Shown: positions 59,237 to 64,000 of the stretch, piece after piece
How positions within the stretch are numbered: the first letter of the stretch is position 1
Layout: each line of letters starts with the position of its first letter
Assembly (NCBI GenBank): GCA_044226015.1
Contig: JBGAHS010000003.1
Span: forward strand, 672,001-736,000
Reading direction: 5' to 3'
Source: Candidatus Obscuribacteraceae bacterium
GTDB lineage: Bacteria; Cyanobacteriota; Vampirovibrionia; Obscuribacterales; Obscuribacteraceae
DNA: 64,000 nucleotides
Translations under genes and position numbers: made by a program
The notes under the pieces: generated by a model
Told to the model about the DNA's origin: nothing
The model's input: only the letters and a program-made list of their open reading frames with translations
Databases searched by the model: none

Positions 59237-60832
59237 ATGAGAAAGATCATCTCAGGCGTGCTTGCCGCGACTCTCATGTCCGGCAGCATGCTTTTCTCGG
59301 GCGGGCAGGCTCTGGCTGCGGCACCGTATTGCCAGGCACTGAACCCGCAACCCGACACCCCGGAAGCTGCCCAGTTCTTGCAGCTCCTCAAGCAGTCGAG
59401 CGACCCCCATGTGGTCGCCGCGCAGATTCTCGACAAGGTCGCCCCGCTGCCGCCCGAAGCGCTGCAGCAGATCTACGACGAGACCTTCCAGTTCCTCGTC
59501 AACCACTACATCGACGACAGCAAGCTGGAGCACTTGAAAGAGTACCAGCATAAATATGATGGGAAGATTCAGACGCGCAAAGACCTCGAGTTGGCGCTGA
59601 AGGATCTGACCACGTCGATGGGCGACCGCTGGACCTGGTCGAAGGGCGCCTCGGACACCGTCAAGAGTGTCATGATGGCAATCTCGAAGCAGGTCAACTT
59701 CGGCATCAGCTTGCGCAAGCAGGATGATGGCAGCTTCAAGATCGAGGCGATGATGTACGGCTCGACGGCTCAGGCTTCCGGTCTGCGCGAGGGCGACACC
59801 GTTCTCTCGGTCAACGGGCGTGAGCTCAAGGGTCTCGACAAGGACACGGCGGAAGCCCTGCTCATCGGACCCATCGGCAACTCGCTCAAGGTGACCAGCA
59901 TTCAGGACGGCAAGACGGTGGAAGCCAGCTACACGCTGAGCGCCCCCGTGCCCAACGATGCCGGCGCCAAGCTGCTCGAGAACAATCTCGCCTACCTGAA
60001 GTTGCCCAACTTCATGAGCGACGAAGACTTCCAGAAGCTCGTCGGCTCCATGGGCGATATGGCTGCCACCACCCCCGGTGGTCTCCAGGGCATCGTGCTT
60101 GACCTCCGCTACAACGGCGGCGGTCAGGTCGAGATGGCCAAGACGCTGATTCGGCTGCTCATGTCGGAAGGCGTCGTGATTCAGGAGCTGGCTCGCGATG
60201 GTCGCGACCAGACCGAAACGAAGCTGACGCTGCGTCCGTACAACAGCATGGACACTCTGAAGTATCCGCCCAAGGTTATGGAGGTGCTGCAAGAGCTGCA
60301 GAAGCTTCCGCTGGTCATCCTGGTCAACGGCTCGTCCGCTTCGGCAGCGGAAATCACGACCGGCGCGCTGATGGACAGCCGTCCGAACACGCTGGTCATC
60401 GGTGAGCAGACCTTCGGCAAGTTCACCGAAATGCTGATGCAGGAACTGCCGACCTGTGGCAGCATCGCCGTCACCTCTGGGCGTTACACCACGCCCGACG
60501 GCAAGTGGCTGCAGAACGCCGGCATCACGCCGAACGTCATCGTGCATCAGCCGCGCGGCTCTACGGAAGACGCGCAGATGAAGGCGGCTATCGACTTCCT
60601 CGAGAAGAAGACCGCTTTCAACCCGGCCAACGTGGTGCAGAAGCCCGTGGACACGAAGGAATACTTCGGTCCCGTGCCCGCGCGCCCCGAGCCGCCCCAG
60701 GCCGACACCGACTATGTGCAGCTGGCGCGGGAAAACCGCACGTTGCTCATGCAGGTCGGCGTGGGTACGTTCCTGTCCGCAATTCTCGGCATCTTCCTGC
60801 TGCTCTCGCGGCGCCGGAAGGACGAGAAGTAA
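59237..60832 (+). CDS. ctpA: S41A protease with PDZ and C-terminal TM anchor, cluster 2
   Basis: Signal peptide, DRWT, GLREGD, DLRYNGGG, SASAAEI, TFGK, GITP, C-terminal TM and SRRRKDEK tail. Confidence 0.9.
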   Translation: MRKIISGVLAATLMSGSMLFSGGQALAAAPYCQALNPQPDTPEAAQFLQLLKQSSDPHVVAAQILDKVAPLPPEALQQIYDETFQFLVNHYIDDSKLEHLKEYQHKYDGKIQTRKDLELALKDLTTSMGDRWTWSKGASDTVKSVMMAISKQVNFGISLRKQDDGSFKIEAMMYGSTAQASGLREGDTVLSVNGRELKGLDKDTAEALLIGPIGNSLKVTSIQDGKTVEASYTLSAPVPNDAGAKLLENNLAYLKLPNFMSDEDFQKLVGSMGDMAATTPGGLQGIVLDLRYNGGGQVEMAKTLIRLLMSEGVVIQELARDGRDQTETKLTLRPYNSMDTLKYPPKVMEVLQELQKLPLVILVNGSSASAAEITTGALMDSRPNTLVIGEQTFGKFTEMLMQELPTCGSIAVTSGRYTTPDGKWLQNAGITPNVIVHQPRGSTEDAQMKAAIDFLEKKTAFNPANVVQKPVDTKEYFGPVPARPEPPQADTDYVQLARENRTLLMQVGVGTFLSAILGIFLLLSRRRKDEK

Positions 60833-60904
60833 CGCCACCGCTGGTGGTGCTCTAACCGACAAGGCAAAGGCACCACCAGCCTTCCCTTGAGGAGGTACTT
60901 ATCT

Positions 60905-62152
60905 ATGGTCAATCGCAAGCTCGTTGCGGTCTGCCTGACGACGATCTCCATCCTGGGAGGCGCGCTGGCATACTGCTTCATCGGCGGCAACGCCGAAGGT
61001 CCCGACGTGAGGGACATGCTCAATGCGCCCAAGACGCGCATGCAGATGAACTTCTACGGAGCGGCTAAGACCGACTCCGGCAAGAGCGTCAGCGGGCTGA
61101 GCATCGGCTACGAGTACTACGACGATGCCGGAAAGCATCTGCGCAGTGCTCTGGAATACGAAGACGGCGCCACGGAAGACGTGTTCTACCGTGCCAACGG
61201 CACAAAAGACTGGAGCCGCGATTTCTACGCGGCTGCCGGCTCAGAGCGCGCGATTCTGCGCTCCAACGCCTGGTTTGCAGCAGACGGCAAGACCTACATC
61301 AAGCACGATGTCTATCATAAGGATGGCAGCATCGAGCGGCAGGGTCGCCTTCTGGCTGATGGGAAATATGAGCAGACGTACTTCTGCGCCGATGGCAAAA
61401 CCATTCAGCGCCAGCAGCTCTTCGGCTCGACCAGGAACTTCCTGTCGGAAAAGGCAATCTTCTGCGAGACGGGCAAAGCGATTCGCTCGGTCGAAGACGG
61501 CGAGTACGGCTCGAAGATTCTCACGCTCTTCCGCGAGGATGGCAGCATTGCCTCCAAGCAGACGATGCATGATGGCAGCGAATACGGACCCTTCTACACC
61601 GGTGACAGCTTCGACAAGGACGGCAAAATCGTCCTGCACTTCGAGCATGGTCCGTTCCAGAAAGAGGTGCAAACCCTGAAGGACGGCAAGCCGGATATGA
61701 AGTGGCTCGACGTGACTTACTACACCTACAAGCGCGAAATCTCGCGCCTCAATCCAGCCGACCCGAAGAAGAAGGTCTGGACACAGACCATAATGCCCGG
61801 CGAAAAGTACAGCCTGGATAACGGGAAGCTGAGCGTCATCACCGAATACGATGGCGAAGGAAAAGTCACCCGTGTAATCGAGATGAACGAGAACGGCAGC
61901 AAGCCGGCTCGCATCATCGTCTCGACTGCCGACGACAAGAAGAAGCTCGTCCACTACCTGGGCGATGACGGCAAAATCGTCAAAACAATGCTGCGCGACG
62001 ACAAGGACAAGAGCGAAACCCCGCAGGCGCTGCCCGCGGAGCTCGACTCGAAGATTCCCGTCGAAGAGCTGCAGAGCTACGCAAGACCGAGTTCTCCCGA
62101 ATGGGACGACGGTAACACGTCGACTAGCGACAAGGTCTACGACTTCCACTGA
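60905..62152 (+). CDS. exported beta-hairpin repeat protein (MORN/YwqK-like), paralog A
   Basis: GAGGAGG RBS, N-terminal hydrophobic segment, repeated (Y/F)-x-x-DG/NG turns. Confidence 0.72.
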   Translation: MVNRKLVAVCLTTISILGGALAYCFIGGNAEGPDVRDMLNAPKTRMQMNFYGAAKTDSGKSVSGLSIGYEYYDDAGKHLRSALEYEDGATEDVFYRANGTKDWSRDFYAAAGSERAILRSNAWFAADGKTYIKHDVYHKDGSIERQGRLLADGKYEQTYFCADGKTIQRQQLFGSTRNFLSEKAIFCETGKAIRSVEDGEYGSKILTLFREDGSIASKQTMHDGSEYGPFYTGDSFDKDGKIVLHFEHGPFQKEVQTLKDGKPDMKWLDVTYYTYKREISRLNPADPKKKVWTQTIMPGEKYSLDNGKLSVITEYDGEGKVTRVIEMNENGSKPARIIVSTADDKKKLVHYLGDDGKIVKTMLRDDKDKSETPQALPAELDSKIPVEELQSYARPSSPEWDDGNTSTSDKVYDFH

Positions 62153-62290
62153 GCCGCTTTGAAATCCGAGCTCGTAGCACAGCACCTGGGCACCGCCCAT
62201 GGTGCTGGCTGCAAGTTCCGAAGAGAAGTAGCTCCGTGCGATTCACGACTTAACCCAACGCGGAGATGCTCATAACAGGAAAGCACTGAT

Positions 62291-63679
62291 ATGAAACGCA
62301 CAACTGCAATTTCCTGCCTGGTGCTCGCCTGTCTTGCCGGCGTCACCACGGCAGCCTTGCAGGTTCGAACTCCTGCTCCGAATTCCGGACCGGACCTGCA
62401 AGACATGCTGAACACGCCGAAAACTGCGATGCAAATGCAGCTCTACTCGGCGAACCGCGACCCTGCCACAGGCAAGAGCGTCAGCGGCAAACAGCTCGGC
62501 TACGAGTACTACAAGAACGACGGCAAGACGAAATATCGCGCGAAGAACTTCTTCGAGAGCGGAGCAAGCGAAGAGCTCTACTTCCGCGATGACGGCAGCC
62601 TGGAAAAGGCTTTCGAATACTTCCCTCCCGTTGATGATGCCCCCGCCATTCTCAATGGCGCGGCGTCCTTCGAAGCTGACGGCAAGACCTACAAGAGCCA
62701 CCTCGTCTACAACGACAAGGGGGTTCGCGTGCGTCAGGGTCAGCTGCTCAGCTCAGGCGAATACCGGCAGACCTACTTCTGCGCCGATGGTTCCCGAGCA
62801 GAGAGCGAGCGCCTCTTCAATGCGAAGAAGGAGTTCGTCTCGGAGAAGCTCTACGACTGCTCCAACGGGCGGCTCATCGCCGAAATTCTGCCCAGCACTT
62901 ACTACGGGCAGCTGAAGGTTCTGCTCTACCGTGCCGATGGTACGCTCAAGGCAGACACGCTTCGCGACTACCAGGGCATCGGCGGCGTCGTCTACGACGT
63001 TGACGGACAGACCATCCTCTACGAATTCCGCGACGAACTCAGCTCTCGGTCGGTGAAGAAATTCACTCCCGACGGCAAGTTGATCGAGGAGTCGGCAAGC
63101 TCTTTCGGGCGCACCAGAATTGCCACGTACAATCCGACCACTGGCAAGCGAATTCGCTACCAGGAATGGAAAGAACGTCCTGGCGAGAATGGCGGTCCGA
63201 AGAAGCTTCTGCTGAGCCAGGTCACCGAGTACAATGACGACGCAGAAAATTCGCCCACGCGCGTGATCGAGATGAGCGGCGACGGCAAGTTGCCCGCCAG
63301 CGTCTCCATGCCGCTTCCGGCGAGCGTCGACCTCAAGTCGCTGACCCTGCCGAAAGTAGAAGGCGGGTTGGAGCAGCTCGAGAAGCTACGTTCGCAGATG
63401 AATCTCGTCAAGACGTTGGCTCCGGACGGCACGGTCACCAAGACCGAGCTGACCATCAACTACCAGTCCTGGAACAACACCGTGCAGCCGTCGACTGCAA
63501 CCGAGCGAATTTCTATCGACCCGCAGCTGCTCCGCATGCCGCAGGGTCAGGTGGATCTGCCGCAATTCGACAAGCTCGGTCCTGACCGGGTCTACGATTA
63601 CGGAACCAACGACAACCCCAACTCCTGGCCGACCACGTATCAGCAACGGTACATGGGCTACGGGATGGGCGGTCCGTAA
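62291..63679 (+). CDS. exported beta-hairpin repeat protein (MORN/YwqK-like), paralog B
   Basis: CAGGA RBS. Shares GPD..DMLN.PKT.MQM, GKSVSG...GYEYY, ADGKTY, QTYFCADG and D.VYD with 60905-62152. Confidence 0.72.
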   Translation: MKRTTAISCLVLACLAGVTTAALQVRTPAPNSGPDLQDMLNTPKTAMQMQLYSANRDPATGKSVSGKQLGYEYYKNDGKTKYRAKNFFESGASEELYFRDDGSLEKAFEYFPPVDDAPAILNGAASFEADGKTYKSHLVYNDKGVRVRQGQLLSSGEYRQTYFCADGSRAESERLFNAKKEFVSEKLYDCSNGRLIAEILPSTYYGQLKVLLYRADGTLKADTLRDYQGIGGVVYDVDGQTILYEFRDELSSRSVKKFTPDGKLIEESASSFGRTRIATYNPTTGKRIRYQEWKERPGENGGPKKLLLSQVTEYNDDAENSPTRVIEMSGDGKLPASVSMPLPASVDLKSLTLPKVEGGLEQLEKLRSQMNLVKTLAPDGTVTKTELTINYQSWNNTVQPSTATERISIDPQLLRMPQGQVDLPQFDKLGPDRVYDYGTNDNPNSWPTTYQQRYMGYGMGGP

Positions 63680-63750
63680 AGCTCCTTCCTCAACAGGGTG
63701 ACCCAAGGTCACCCCTTATCTTCAACTCAGAGCTCATAAGGAGATTACCA

Positions 63751-64000
63751 ATGAGCAAGCAGAAAACTGTTCCGCTCTGGAGGAAGATCCTCTGGAGAGG
63801 GGTTGTGTTCCCCGTGTTCGCGCTCGGCATTCTCGCGGCCGGCAGCGTCGCCTATCTCGGCGGCATCACCGGTGGTGACAGCAACACCGTCCACAACGTC
63901 GTCGTCCTCGACGCGTCCAACGCCAAGTCCACCCAGGCCCAGATGCAGGCTGCTGCGCAGTCCGGCAAGCTGGTCTTCATGGAAATCTGCGACGGCGAGT
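63751..64000 (+). CDS. partial CDS: membrane-anchored, possibly thioredoxin-like protein (runs off window)
   Basis: AAGGAG RBS. MSKQKTVPLWRKILWRG, TM helix, then ...AAAQSGKLVFMEICDGE, which resembles the thioredoxin GKxVxxxF strand. Truncated. Confidence 0.55.
   Translation, partial: MSKQKTVPLWRKILWRGVVFPVFALGILAAGSVAYLGGITGGDSNTVHNVVVLDASNAKSTQAQMQAAAQSGKLVFMEICDGE

Overview
Bacterial chromosomal window with no rRNA, tRNA, CRISPR array, integrase or transposase that I can see. Gene style (TPR-matrixin, many orphan ORFs, mosaic codon usage) gives a tentative impression of Melainabacteria/Obscuribacterales; this is not proven. Recognisable genes are a SpoVR-family protein, a ferritin-like protein, a CysK/CBS-family PLP enzyme, an orphan ClpX lacking its zinc-binding domain, a sugar porter, an SGNH hydrolase, a two-HKD phospholipase D-family protein, a TPR-matrixin, NupC, a nucleoside 2-deoxyribosyltransferase-family protein, a small RelA/SpoT-type HD hydrolase and a MocR/GabR regulator. 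The most notable structures are: (1) two paralogous, collinear vWA-TPR-vWA-MoxR-DUF58-MxaA/BatD-like operons (36.3-45.7 kb and 53.0->64 kb), each followed by S41 tail-specific protease genes rather than a known MoxR client; (2) a locus with a giant TPM-like coiled-coil protein and three membrane-anchored PspA-like genes, two preceded by a conserved switch-like RNA element; (3) a tandem array of three 27-aa hydrophobic micropeptide genes at 23.2-23.6 kb, too short for the ORF track; (4) a Met/His-rich membrane protein next to a membrane-anchored metallothionein-like peptide; (5) a recurring CTTTTTGNNTTTTAAA motif at the 3' ends of accessory gene blocks. Family calls come from motifs read by eye, not from database searches. 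Start codons were moved to RBS-supported ATGs where one was visible.
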